Shown: positions 34,589-43,798 of the stretch, in pieces
How positions within the stretch are numbered: the first letter of the stretch is position 1
How the letters are laid out: each line of letters opens with the position of its first letter
Source: Myxococcota bacterium
GTDB lineage: Bacteria; Myxococcota_A; Polyangia; Polyangiales; Houyiibacteriaceae
Length of the DNA stretch: 64,000 nt
Reading direction: 5' to 3'
Assembly (NCBI GenBank): GCA_039030515.1
Contig: JBCCEA010000020.1
Span: forward strand, 11,110-75,109
Notes under the pieces: generated by a model
What the model was told of the DNA's origin: nothing
The model's input: only the letters and a program-made list of their open reading frames with translations
Databases searched by the model: none
Made by a program: the position numbers and the translations under genes

Positions 34589-34741
34589 CTCTTGCTTCCG
34601 ATGTTTGCGCCGATTGAGCGGCAGACGTGAATGAAAAGTCCCGGAAGGCTCGGACGTCCTCCGAGCTCGAGCGAAGGTATCAAAGTTTTGGCAAGTAACG
34701 AAGACTTGGTCTTGACCTCGGTGTCCGCTAACTGTGAAACG

Positions 34742-35647
34742 ATGACAAGCGAGCCACCTATCCTAACCAAAGATCACGGCGCAGTTCGGGAGATTTGCCT
34801 CAACCGGCCGAAAAAAAAGAACGCTTTTTCTCTCGAACTCGCGAACGCGTTTCGTGATGCGTTGATTCAAGCGAGCTCAGACGAAACATGCCGGGTCCTA
34901 TTCGTTCGAGGGTCGGGCGATATGTTCAGCGCCGGAGTGGATCTGAATGTATTCAGCCGTTGGACCGAATCGATCGACGGGTACAACAAACTCCATGCCG
35001 CAGATGAACCCAGTGTCGCCGGCGACCCCAGCGCGGCCGACGACCCCAGCGCAGCCGACGACCCCAGCGCAGCCGACGACCCTTGGACCACGATCTCTCA
35101 GATCGTTGCGGTTCACGAAACGGTGCGCAACTGCCCGAAACCCACCATCGCGTGCGTGCATGGAAAAGCCGTCGGGATGGGAATGACCCTTCTGCCTCAC
35201 TTTGACCTGGTCTACGCCGCAAACGACGCATCGTTCCGAGCGGCCTTTGCCGATCTTGGATTGGTCGTGGAGCTCGGCAGTTCCTTCACCCTGCCCCGAT
35301 ATCTCGGTCCCAGTCGCGCACGTGAACTGGTGTACCGAGGCAGCCTTTTGACAGCGACCGAAGCTGCGCAGTGGGGTCTTGTAACCCGCCTCTTCGATCC
35401 GGAGCAGCTCGTTGCCGAGTCGCTGAGCATCGCCAAGGAGATCGCCCAGAAGCCGGCCAGCGCGTTGAGAGACTCTAAAAAGCTCTTTGCGATGGTGGAT
35501 GAATCGGCAATCCGTGAGGCGGCAAGCGAGGAACATAAGCTCTTGGCAGAGCGATGCCGTAGCGAAGAGACTCGGGACATCATGCGCTCGATTCTGTCAA
35601 AAACCCGGTCAAGCGGACAAAATCAGCAGAGTAAAAAAGGCGTTTAG
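34742..35647 (+). CDS. Enoyl-CoA hydratase/isomerase family protein
   Basis: LNRP.KKNA, FSAGVDL, KP.IA.VHG.AVG.G, F..LGL..E.GSS motifs. Confidence 0.9.
   Translation: MTSEPPILTKDHGAVREICLNRPKKKNAFSLELANAFRDALIQASSDETCRVLFVRGSGDMFSAGVDLNVFSRWTESIDGYNKLHAADEPSVAGDPSAADDPSAADDPSAADDPWTTISQIVAVHETVRNCPKPTIACVHGKAVGMGMTLLPHFDLVYAANDASFRAAFADLGLVVELGSSFTLPRYLGPSRARELVYRGSLLTATEAAQWGLVTRLFDPEQLVAESLSIAKEIAQKPASALRDSKKLFAMVDESAIREAASEEHKLLAERCRSEETRDIMRSILSKTRSSGQNQQSKKGV
34997..35083 (+). repeat. 18-bp in-frame tandem repeat (~5 x AADDPS) inside the enoyl-CoA hydratase
   Basis: GC(A/G)GCCGACGACCCCAGC-like units at 34997, 35015, 35033, 35051 and 35069. Confidence 0.92.
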
Positions 35648-35657
35648 TGCTGGTTTT

Positions 35658-36851
35658 ATGTTCGAACTACAGTCGACTAAGTTTGAGTCCACGCGGTCTT
35701 CGTTTCAGCTGCAGAACTTCTCCGTAGTTCGATACGGTCTCGCCATATTGCTGATGTCGGGTTCCGGGTGCGGGGCCGGCAAACGTTCGCCAAGGCAAAG
35801 CATGGCGGCGTCGGGAGAGGGGACCGTGCTTGAACGGCAGACTTCGGTGTCGGGAGAAACTTCGATGCCGCGAGAGACCTCAAGCTCACAGGAGGTTTTG
35901 AGTGCAAACAGGCCCACTCGCGAAGCCGCTGAGGAGCCGGCGAACGCGCTGACTCCACATCGGCCGGAGGAGGCAGCACAGCCCGTCGTGACCTCGAGCA
36001 CATCCCTCGGCAGTCCAAACGCTGGGAGCCTTGCGGAAGGCGCAGCACTGCCTCTGAAAGGACCTGGCTTCCGGTTTCGCCCAGGCCGAAATCTCGACGC
36101 ACGATTTGGCACCGATGAGCTCGTACGCGCTCTTGTCCGGGCGGCGCTCCGAGTGCACCGTGAGATGCCCGGCGCGGAGCTCTATGTCGGCGACCTGAGC
36201 CATCCACACGGAGGACCGATTCGTGGCCACGGATCCCACCAGAATGGTCGGGATGTCGACCTGCTTTTTTACTACCTCGATGAAGAAGGGGCGCCCTTGC
36301 CCCCCGTCGCCGCTCCGATCGACCCGCGCGGTATTGGAATCGACTTCAGAGATCTCGAAGATCCCGAAGACGACATCGCCATGCACCTCGACGTTCCTCG
36401 CACTTGGCTCCTAATTCAGTCCCTGCTGGAGCAGCCGGCGATCTCGGTGCAGCGCATCTTCATTGTGGAGCACATTCGATCGATGCTGCTCTCCTATGTT
36501 CGTCAAATCAGCGTTCCAGCGGAGACGGTGCTGCTCTTTGAACACGTCACCTGCCAGCCACGCTACCCTCATGACGACCATATTCATCTGCGTATCTATT
36601 GCGCTGCAGAGGACATTTCAGACGGATGTAGAGACACAAGCCCCGTGTATCATTGGCACCGGCAAAGACTGGCGAGCAAGGGAGCGTCGGTCGTGCTGGC
36701 GGATCGAAGACGGCGGACTCGACCGCAGATTACGACCGCAAAGCAGGCGCGGGAGGCGGCTGGGCCGATGCATGCAGACGTGGTGCGCTTTTTGTCCGAA
36801 CGCGAAAGCTGGATGACGGCTCCTCGAACCGGTAGGCCTTATTGTCGCTAG
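35658..36851 (+). CDS. Penicillin-insensitive murein endopeptidase (MepA-like, LAS family), possible lipoprotein
   Basis: VGDLS...GG...GHGSHQNGRDVD and HDDHIH zinc motifs; possible lipobox GSGC; low-complexity N-terminal linker. Confidence 0.82.
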   Translation: MFELQSTKFESTRSSFQLQNFSVVRYGLAILLMSGSGCGAGKRSPRQSMAASGEGTVLERQTSVSGETSMPRETSSSQEVLSANRPTREAAEEPANALTPHRPEEAAQPVVTSSTSLGSPNAGSLAEGAALPLKGPGFRFRPGRNLDARFGTDELVRALVRAALRVHREMPGAELYVGDLSHPHGGPIRGHGSHQNGRDVDLLFYYLDEEGAPLPPVAAPIDPRGIGIDFRDLEDPEDDIAMHLDVPRTWLLIQSLLEQPAISVQRIFIVEHIRSMLLSYVRQISVPAETVLLFEHVTCQPRYPHDDHIHLRIYCAAEDISDGCRDTSPVYHWHRQRLASKGASVVLADRRRRTRPQITTAKQAREAAGPMHADVVRFLSERESWMTAPRTGRPYCR

Positions 36852-36897
36852 CTCGGCAACTATCTACGTCTGCCGACCCTCCACGTCCGCTCGCGCT

Positions 36898-37605
36898 CTA
36901 AGGAAACATCGCCACCCGCATGCCGCAACCGAAGGAGGTCGCGTAGGAAAACAACGCACCTTGATCTTGGATACTCCCCGGTACGGTGGCGGCATCGACG
37001 CGAGCATGCGCAAAGAACGTAAGCTCCTCGATGGGCCTTAGCTGCAGTCCGACACCGAGCGATCCTCCTGAGCCGGTGAGAACCCCAAACCGCTTGAGAT
37101 AAGCGCCTCGGATGTAAAGAGACACCAAGGCGTCGGACGAGGTCTCGATGCGCAACCCGAGCGTCGTTTGTCCGAAATCGAGGCTCGACCTCGGAGCATA
37201 GGCGATGCTGGCTTCCAGACTAAACAGCCCATAGCCGATGCCGCCGACGCCGCGGATCATCGAGGTGGAAAATCCATTCACGGTGCACCCGTCGCTGCTG
37301 CCGTCAGAGCAGACGGGAGAGACATCCGATGTGGATACGAAATCGACGATCACACGATCGTAAGCCAGCTCAAGGCTTAGGTTTATCGGAATCCCGTCAT
37401 CCTTGTCGAATGTCGCCACTTCTTCGTTGGCTTGCGCAACACCAGTGCTTACTGGAAGCGAAAACATACCAAAAAGCAAAACGGACACCGCGAACCAGAA
37501 TCCCACACCACGAAAAACGACAGCACGACCGACTACGTGAAGGGGAGCATCAGACGATCCCTTGGAACTTCCTTTAGCAACCACCAAAGACCTCGAAATC
37601 ACCAA
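36898..37605 (-). CDS. Hypothetical secreted protein, possible outer-membrane beta-barrel
   Basis: Signal peptide ending AQA; alternating hydrophobic/Gly strands (GGSLGVGLQLRP, FGCGMRVAMF). Confidence 0.6.
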   Translation of the reverse strand: MVISRSLVVAKGSSKGSSDAPLHVVGRAVVFRGVGFWFAVSVLLFGMFSLPVSTGVAQANEEVATFDKDDGIPINLSLELAYDRVIVDFVSTSDVSPVCSDGSSDGCTVNGFSTSMIRGVGGIGYGLFSLEASIAYAPRSSLDFGQTTLGLRIETSSDALVSLYIRGAYLKRFGVLTGSGGSLGVGLQLRPIEELTFFAHARVDAATVPGSIQDQGALFSYATSFGCGMRVAMFP

Positions 37606-37909
37606 AGCTTCAACCTCTTGCCGAGAACTCGAACTCTCTCATCCACGAGCCGGACATTCCTACCGCCAAATGCCGCCGAATCTCTCTCGCATCGAGCCTC
37701 GCCGCCTTTTGAGTATCTTCAAACGCGTGATCCATCGAGCGACCATACTCACCAGAGGCACATGGAGGTTTTCGGCCCATCCTTCGCTTAGACGTGCTCT
37801 AGGCGTGGAATCATCGACGTACAAGATGCATCTCGGTCCGAAATATTGGGGCATCTCACTCCCCGCTCGATGCGACTCTCCCTATAACCTATCCTATATT
37901 TCTTCAGCG

Positions 37910-40363
37910 ATGGATTCTATCTTAGGCAGAATTTCCCAATTTGAGAGACCGCGGCCGACCGACACGGGCGGTTGCGAGCGATACTCGGGTCTGAACCTCG
38001 TTCGATCTCAGCGTTCGCTCCGGGCCTTGTTTCTTTTTCTGGCGGGCTACCTTCCCCTCATGTCCGGCTGCGACGAGTCGCCCGGTTCGGGACTGGCGCC
38101 GGACGCGACTGCTCAGCGAGGTGAGCTCTCTGCGACCGTGTCGCCTGCGGCAGGGATGACCAACGTAAACCTCAAAGACCCTATCGTCGTGACCTTTTCA
38201 GAGCCGGTGCTGCCAAGTCAGATCGACGCCACCGTGCGCGTACTGGCAAACGGTCGTGAACTTTCATACGAGACCGAGTATTCCGGTGAAGGCCGGATAT
38301 TTCAGCTACAGATCACGGAGCCTCCGGCGCTGCCTGCAGAAATCCGCATTGAGATCGATGCGGCTGAGCTTGGAAAGACCGGAGCATACTTCGAAGGCCT
38401 GAACTCGTTCTTTCTCGCACCACTTTTTCTACCGCTCGCTTCGCAACCAAACGGGACGCCTGCTGCGGTCGTCGTCGATGCATCAGGCGCCCTTCGGACA
38501 GCCTCGGTCCACAGCGATGGAGTCGTGTTTTATTCACTGGGAGCGAACGGCTGGGAGGAGCTTGCATCTCTAGACCTCGAGATCGGGAGCCCGATCGGCA
38601 CGCCTGAGCTACTCCAAGGTAGCTCGTGGTTCTTGGTTTTCTTGGAGCGCGACAGCGACACCCTTGTCGTCATCGAGCAAACGGACGAGGGCCTAAAACG
38701 CGTTGAACAGACGGTCAACGCCACCGACTTCGCCCATACCCACTCGGATGCGCTTGGAACGGTCTTCGCAGTCTCAGATGGTGCAAGCGTGTCGTTTCTC
38801 GACGAAACCCTATCGCCGCATGAGCAGCTGCCTCCTTCCATAGAGCGGATGCATCGAGCGCTTCACGTCACCGCGGATGAGGACGGGCTCATCTCAGTCC
38901 TGATCGACGATGAGGGTCGTCTACACACCTACCGTTCCAGCGCTTCAGGACACGAAGAACTCGGTGCCGTCGGTTTCGGCGCCGAGGTGGGCGGCGTCGC
39001 CCTCTCAGACGCTCGGAGCGCGAATGTCCTCCTAAGCTGGTCCGAGGGTCCCTATGCCTACGTCGCCGAATTGAACGACAACGTTTGGGTCACCCTGGAC
39101 CAGACGTTGCGCGCACATCAATTTGGGGAAGAGGACGCGTTACCTATCGCGGTCCGGTCCCATTCCGAGACCGTTCGTCATCTGCTGCTCAGACAGGGCA
39201 CTTTCCTTTTCGCAGTCGACCTCAACACCAATCGATTTCTCGGTGCTGCACTGTCGTCAGACGAAGCGACCGGAGGCACGCTGGAATACCTGCCGGACGG
39301 TTCCCTAGTTCTCTCTTTGGACAACAGTTCAAATCCACTGCAACTTAACTTTGCCCAGCCCTCGTACGGTCTCGCACCACTGCCGGAGAAAACCCCTTGC
39401 GCTCTACCAGCTGACACAGACCCAGCGTTTCCGCAGACCCTCGCCATGACCGGATGCTATGCGAGCACCGACACCCAAACCCCAACTGAGGGCGCCCTTT
39501 ACTATGAGATCGCCTCTCCACTATGGTCGGACGGCACCCTCAAACGACGATTTCTTATACTCCCGAGCAACACCTCGATCACGGTACAAGACAACGGAGA
39601 CTGGGACTTTCCGGTAGGAACCGTAATTCTCAAGGAGTTTTGGCTTGAAGGACAGGCAGGTCCGTTTCCCATCGAAACGCGGGTCATGATCCACCGTTGC
39701 AGCCTGGGCAGCTGCATCGATCCATGGCAGGGATATTCCTACATATGGAACGAAGAAAGTACCGACGCTGCACTACTTTCGCTAGTAGATGGAGTGCAGC
39801 CAGTGCTTTGGGAGGTCGACGGGTCGAGCTTTCAGCATGACTACCCAGGTCGGAACACCTGCAACCAGTGTCACAATCCGTCGATGGGTAGCGTTCTGGG
39901 GCTCGAAACGCGTCAGATGAATCTGAACACCAACTACGGGGGGATAGCCGACAACCAACTACGCGCCTTCGCTGCCGCGGGTGCATTCGGTCCGGAGCCT
40001 CCCGACTTTGGTTCAGTACCCGGCTACCCCGACCCAACCGACGGAAGGTCAGGACTCTACGAGCGAGTTCGCAGTTATATGCACACAAACTGCGCCCACT
40101 GTCACAACCCCAACAGCTTCCAGGGCCTTGCTTCGCAGAGCGACTTTCGTTTCGATGCGAGTCTGCCGGAGTCGAGCCTATGCAGCTATGTGGATCCAGG
40201 CAACGTCCTCGCTTCCCAAATCTACGCAAAAGTGAGCGTGCGCGCTCCCGCGCAGCCTGTTGGCGGCGGAAATCCCATGCCTCCAGTCGCAACCCAACTC
40301 GTAGATGCGCAGTGGTTGAATTTGCTGGGGGGTTGGGTAAGCGGCCTCACCGCCTGCCCCTAG
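37910..40363 (+). CDS. Lipoprotein with Ig-like (Big_5) domain and SO2930-family diheme c-type cytochrome domain
   Basis: Lipobox MSGC; VSPA.G..NV....I.VTFSEP; SPLWSDG..KRR, FPVGT...KEF, IETR, CNQCH and NCAHCH, MPP; start uncertain. Confidence 0.8.
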   Translation: MDSILGRISQFERPRPTDTGGCERYSGLNLVRSQRSLRALFLFLAGYLPLMSGCDESPGSGLAPDATAQRGELSATVSPAAGMTNVNLKDPIVVTFSEPVLPSQIDATVRVLANGRELSYETEYSGEGRIFQLQITEPPALPAEIRIEIDAAELGKTGAYFEGLNSFFLAPLFLPLASQPNGTPAAVVVDASGALRTASVHSDGVVFYSLGANGWEELASLDLEIGSPIGTPELLQGSSWFLVFLERDSDTLVVIEQTDEGLKRVEQTVNATDFAHTHSDALGTVFAVSDGASVSFLDETLSPHEQLPPSIERMHRALHVTADEDGLISVLIDDEGRLHTYRSSASGHEELGAVGFGAEVGGVALSDARSANVLLSWSEGPYAYVAELNDNVWVTLDQTLRAHQFGEEDALPIAVRSHSETVRHLLLRQGTFLFAVDLNTNRFLGAALSSDEATGGTLEYLPDGSLVLSLDNSSNPLQLNFAQPSYGLAPLPEKTPCALPADTDPAFPQTLAMTGCYASTDTQTPTEGALYYEIASPLWSDGTLKRRFLILPSNTSITVQDNGDWDFPVGTVILKEFWLEGQAGPFPIETRVMIHRCSLGSCIDPWQGYSYIWNEESTDAALLSLVDGVQPVLWEVDGSSFQHDYPGRNTCNQCHNPSMGSVLGLETRQMNLNTNYGGIADNQLRAFAAAGAFGPEPPDFGSVPGYPDPTDGRSGLYERVRSYMHTNCAHCHNPNSFQGLASQSDFRFDASLPESSLCSYVDPGNVLASQIYAKVSVRAPAQPVGGGNPMPPVATQLVDAQWLNLLGGWVSGLTACP

Positions 40364-40367
40364 CACC

Positions 40368-40563
40368 CGCGGCCGGCAAGAGGCGCCACAAAGCCGCTTA
40401 CCGTCTCGCGCCTCGTCGTCAGGTACCTTAGTACCCTCCTCCTCGTTGCTTCGGGGGCGCTGGCTTTCTGACACCTCTTGCCGGCCGCGTCCGCGGCCGC
40501 CCAGGCACGCCACAGCTCCGCTTACCGTCTCGCGCCTCGTCGTCAGGTACCTTAGTACCCTCC
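40368..40563 (-). repeat. Two further copies of the structured hairpin repeat family
   Basis: Hairpin 40368-40489 closed by the perfect 16-bp IR CGCGGCCGGCAAGAGG/CCTCTTGCCGGCCGCG; 46-bp core identical at 40394-40439 and 40518-40563; reverse complement matches the 25.8-kb copies. Confidence 0.88.
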
Positions 40564-40617
40564 CGCTCGGCCCAGCGGGCCTCGCGGTTTTCGACCACAC
40601 GCGATAGGTCATGAAGG

Positions 40618-41616
40618 TCAGCGTTCACTGTCGAGAAATGCCCGAAACGCACCCAGCAACTCGTTTGCCGCGAGGGTCGGGGGCAGCTCTCCCGATGCGA
40701 CCTTCGCCTCTATGCCCGGCGTCACCTCGCGTACGTTCCATGCGCTCTTGAGCTCGTAACTCAGGGAATCTTCGACCAGTCTCCACATCCAGCGCACAGC
40801 TTGCCGTCCTCGCAGCTGGTTCAACTCGGTTTCGAAACGATTGCGGTGTGTCTGAATCGCCTCCCAGAGCTCTCGAAGCCCTGTACCTGCCCGTGCACTG
40901 CATGTTTGCACCGGCGGCATCCACTTATCTTCACCCGCACGCAACAAACGCAGGGCAAGCTCGTATTCCCTACGTGCACGCTGAGCAGCCAGTACGTTGT
41001 CCCCGTCTGCCTTGTTGACCGCGACCATGTCGACGACTTCCAGAATACCGCGCTTAATTCCCTGAAGTCCGTCACCGGCTCCTGCCAGCATCAGACCCAG
41101 AAGAAAGTCGACCATCTCGGACACCATGATTTCAGACTGCCCTACGCCCACGGTTTCGACGAGGACCACGTCAAAGCCAAAAGCTTCGCAGAGCAACATC
41201 GACTCCTGAGTCTTTCGAGCCACACCGCCGAGGGTGCCGCCCGTGGGCGATGGACGAACAAACGCAGACGGATCACGAGAAAGCCGCGGCATGCGCGTTT
41301 TGTCTCCGAGAATGCTCCCACCGGAGATTGTACTGGAAGGGTCCACGGCAAGAACCGCAACTTTGAAGCCTTCTTCAGTAAGCAGCGTTCCGAACGCATC
41401 GATGAACGTGCTCTTGCCCACCCCGGGCACCCCGGAAACACCCACTCTGTAGGCGCGCCCACCGAGCGGTAGCGTGCGGGTGATAATTCGAGACGCCAGC
41501 GCTGCATCGGAAGCACGTTCACTCTCGACCAGCGTGATCGCTCTCGCCAGCACGGATCGATCGCCCGAAGTGATACCCTCGACATAAGCATCTTCGCTTA
41601 GGACCCGTTTACGCAC
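40618..41616 (-). CDS. meaB: Methylmalonyl-CoA mutase-associated GTPase MeaB
   Basis: LARAITLVES, GVPGVGKST, VDPSS..SGGSILGDKTRM, ETVGVGQSE, NKAD; GTG at 41616. Confidence 0.95.
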   Translation of the reverse strand: MRKRVLSEDAYVEGITSGDRSVLARAITLVESERASDAALASRIITRTLPLGGRAYRVGVSGVPGVGKSTFIDAFGTLLTEEGFKVAVLAVDPSSTISGGSILGDKTRMPRLSRDPSAFVRPSPTGGTLGGVARKTQESMLLCEAFGFDVVLVETVGVGQSEIMVSEMVDFLLGLMLAGAGDGLQGIKRGILEVVDMVAVNKADGDNVLAAQRARREYELALRLLRAGEDKWMPPVQTCSARAGTGLRELWEAIQTHRNRFETELNQLRGRQAVRWMWRLVEDSLSYELKSAWNVREVTPGIEAKVASGELPPTLAANELLGAFRAFLDSER

Positions 41617-41629
41617 GCTCCGGCACCGT

Positions 41630-43798
41630 CTAGCCCTGGCTGTCTGAAGGGGTGATGGCGTCAAGCAAGGTGAGCGCCGCCGACGCAATGACGGTACCGG
41701 GACCAAATATCGCGGCTGCGCCTGCGTCCCGAAGCGCATCGTAATCGCTCGGCGGAACCACCCCTCCAACCACCACGACGATATCCCCCCGTCCAAGCGC
41801 ATCTAACGCGGAGCGGAGAGCGGGAACCAACGTAAGGTGCCCCGCTGCAAGAGAGCTCATGCCTACTACGTGCACATCATTTTCAACCGCTTGTTTTGCG
41901 GTTTCCTCAGGGGTCTGAAATAGCGGACCGATATCCACATCGAATCCCATATCGGCAAAGGCGGTGGCGATCACTTTTTGCCCTCGATCGTGACCATCCT
42001 GCCCTACCTTGGCGACGAGGATTCGCGGCTGCCGACCTTCTCGCTCGGCGAACTCCCTGACCTTCGCTCGCACTTCCGAAAGGTCTTCGCCGCCCTTTTC
42101 TGCTTCACTCGAGTAGACACCAGAAATCGACTGGATCGACGCCTCAAAGCGCCCCCAGACGCTCTCTAGCGCCTCACTCATCTCGCCGACAGTCGCTCTT
42201 GCGCGCGCAGCTTCTATAGACAGCTCCAGCAGGTTCCCCTCTCCGGACTCCGCACACCGCATGAGGGCATCGAGAGCACGACGTGTGCAGGTTTCATCCC
42301 TTGACGCTCGCAATTCCGAAAGGCGCTGTTTCTGAGTCCTCAGCACAGAAGAGTTGTCGACTTTTAGAATCGGTATCTCGGCATCTTTTTCCACTCGAAA
42401 GCGGTTCACTCCGACGATCACCTGCTTACCGGAATCGATGCGGGCCTGAGTTCGGGCAGCCGCTTCCTCGATGCGTAGCTTCGGCAAGCCCTGCTCGATC
42501 GCCTTCGTCATCCCGCCAAGGGCCTCTACCTCGTCTAGATGGGTTCGAGCGCGATCTGCGAGTGCCTTCGTGAGATGCTCCACGAAATAGCTGCCTCCCC
42601 AAGGGTCGATCACCCGGCAGGTACCCGTTTCATGTTGCAGGTACAGCTGGGTATTGCGAGCAATGCGAGCCGAGAAGTCTGTCGGGAGTGCCAACGCCTC
42701 ATCTAGGGAGTTGGTGTGGAGACTTTGGGTATGACCCTGGGTGGCCGCCATGGCCTCAATGCAGGTGCGAACTGCGTTGTTGAATACATCCTGTGCCGCA
42801 AGGCTCCACCCCGACGTCTGACAGTGTGTGCGCAGGGCCATGGATTTTGATTTCTTCGCGCCAAAGTCGGCAACGATCTCAGACCAGAGCAGACGGGCAG
42901 CCCGAAGTTTTGCAACCTCCATGAAAAAATTCATGCCGATAGCAAAGAAAAACGACATTCGCGGGGCAAATTCATCTACCGATAGCCCTGCATCAACGCC
43001 AGTTCTGAGATATTGAAGGCCGTCAGCAAGCGTATAGGCGAGCTCTAGATCCTGAGTGGCGCCAGCTTCCTGCATGTGGTAGCCGCTGATTGAAATGCTG
43101 TTGAAGCGAGGCATTTTTGCTGCGGTGTAGCGAAAGATGTCGCCCACGATACGCATCGACGCTTCTGGCGGGTAGATGTACGTGTTGCGAACCATGAACT
43201 CTTTGAGAATGTCATTTTGAATGGTGCCGGAGAGCTGATCCTGAGTCACCCCTTGCTCTTCTGCAGCAACGACATACAGAGCCAGAATAGGCAGGACTGC
43301 TCCATTCATCGTCATCGATACGCTCATCTGGTCGAGCGGGATGCCGTCAAAGAGCACATGCATATCGAGAATGGAGTCGATGGCCACTCCAGCCATACCC
43401 ACGTCCCCCATCACCCTTGGATGGTCTGAGTCGTATCCTCGATGAGTTGCGAGATCGAAGGCGACCGACAGACCTTTTTGACCGGAAGCGAGATTACGAC
43501 GGTAGAACGCGTTGCTCTCCTCCGCGGTGGAAAATCCCGCGTACTGCCTCACGGTCCACGGTCGATTGAGATACATCGACGCGTACGGACCTCGTACAAA
43601 GGGAGCCTACCCGGGCAGGGAGTCTAAGTGGGTAAGCGCTTCGATATCCTCGGAAGAAAAGCGGCGCGCCAGATCGATGCCTTCTGCGGTCTTAAACGCA
43701 TCGGATTTCGAAAAACCAGAGGCATTTGAGTTCACGGGCGGCGGACTCACCTGAGACGCATCAAAATCGAGCGTCGTAAAATCAGGAAAAGCTTGCAT
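41630..43798 (-). CDS. scpA: Methylmalonyl-CoA mutase large subunit, interrupted by one in-frame TAG at 43607-43609 (nonsense allele, read-through or sequencing error)
   Basis: ...[33 protein letters not shown]..., [23 protein letters not shown]12 motif; ATG overlaps the upstream stop (TGATG). Confidence 0.9.

Noticed and set aside
43607..43609. Genome-wide TAG reassignment
   Set aside because: TAG terminates fusA, menB (FPWHY*) and sdhA (RSYK*) at their expected C-termini, so it is a normal stop here
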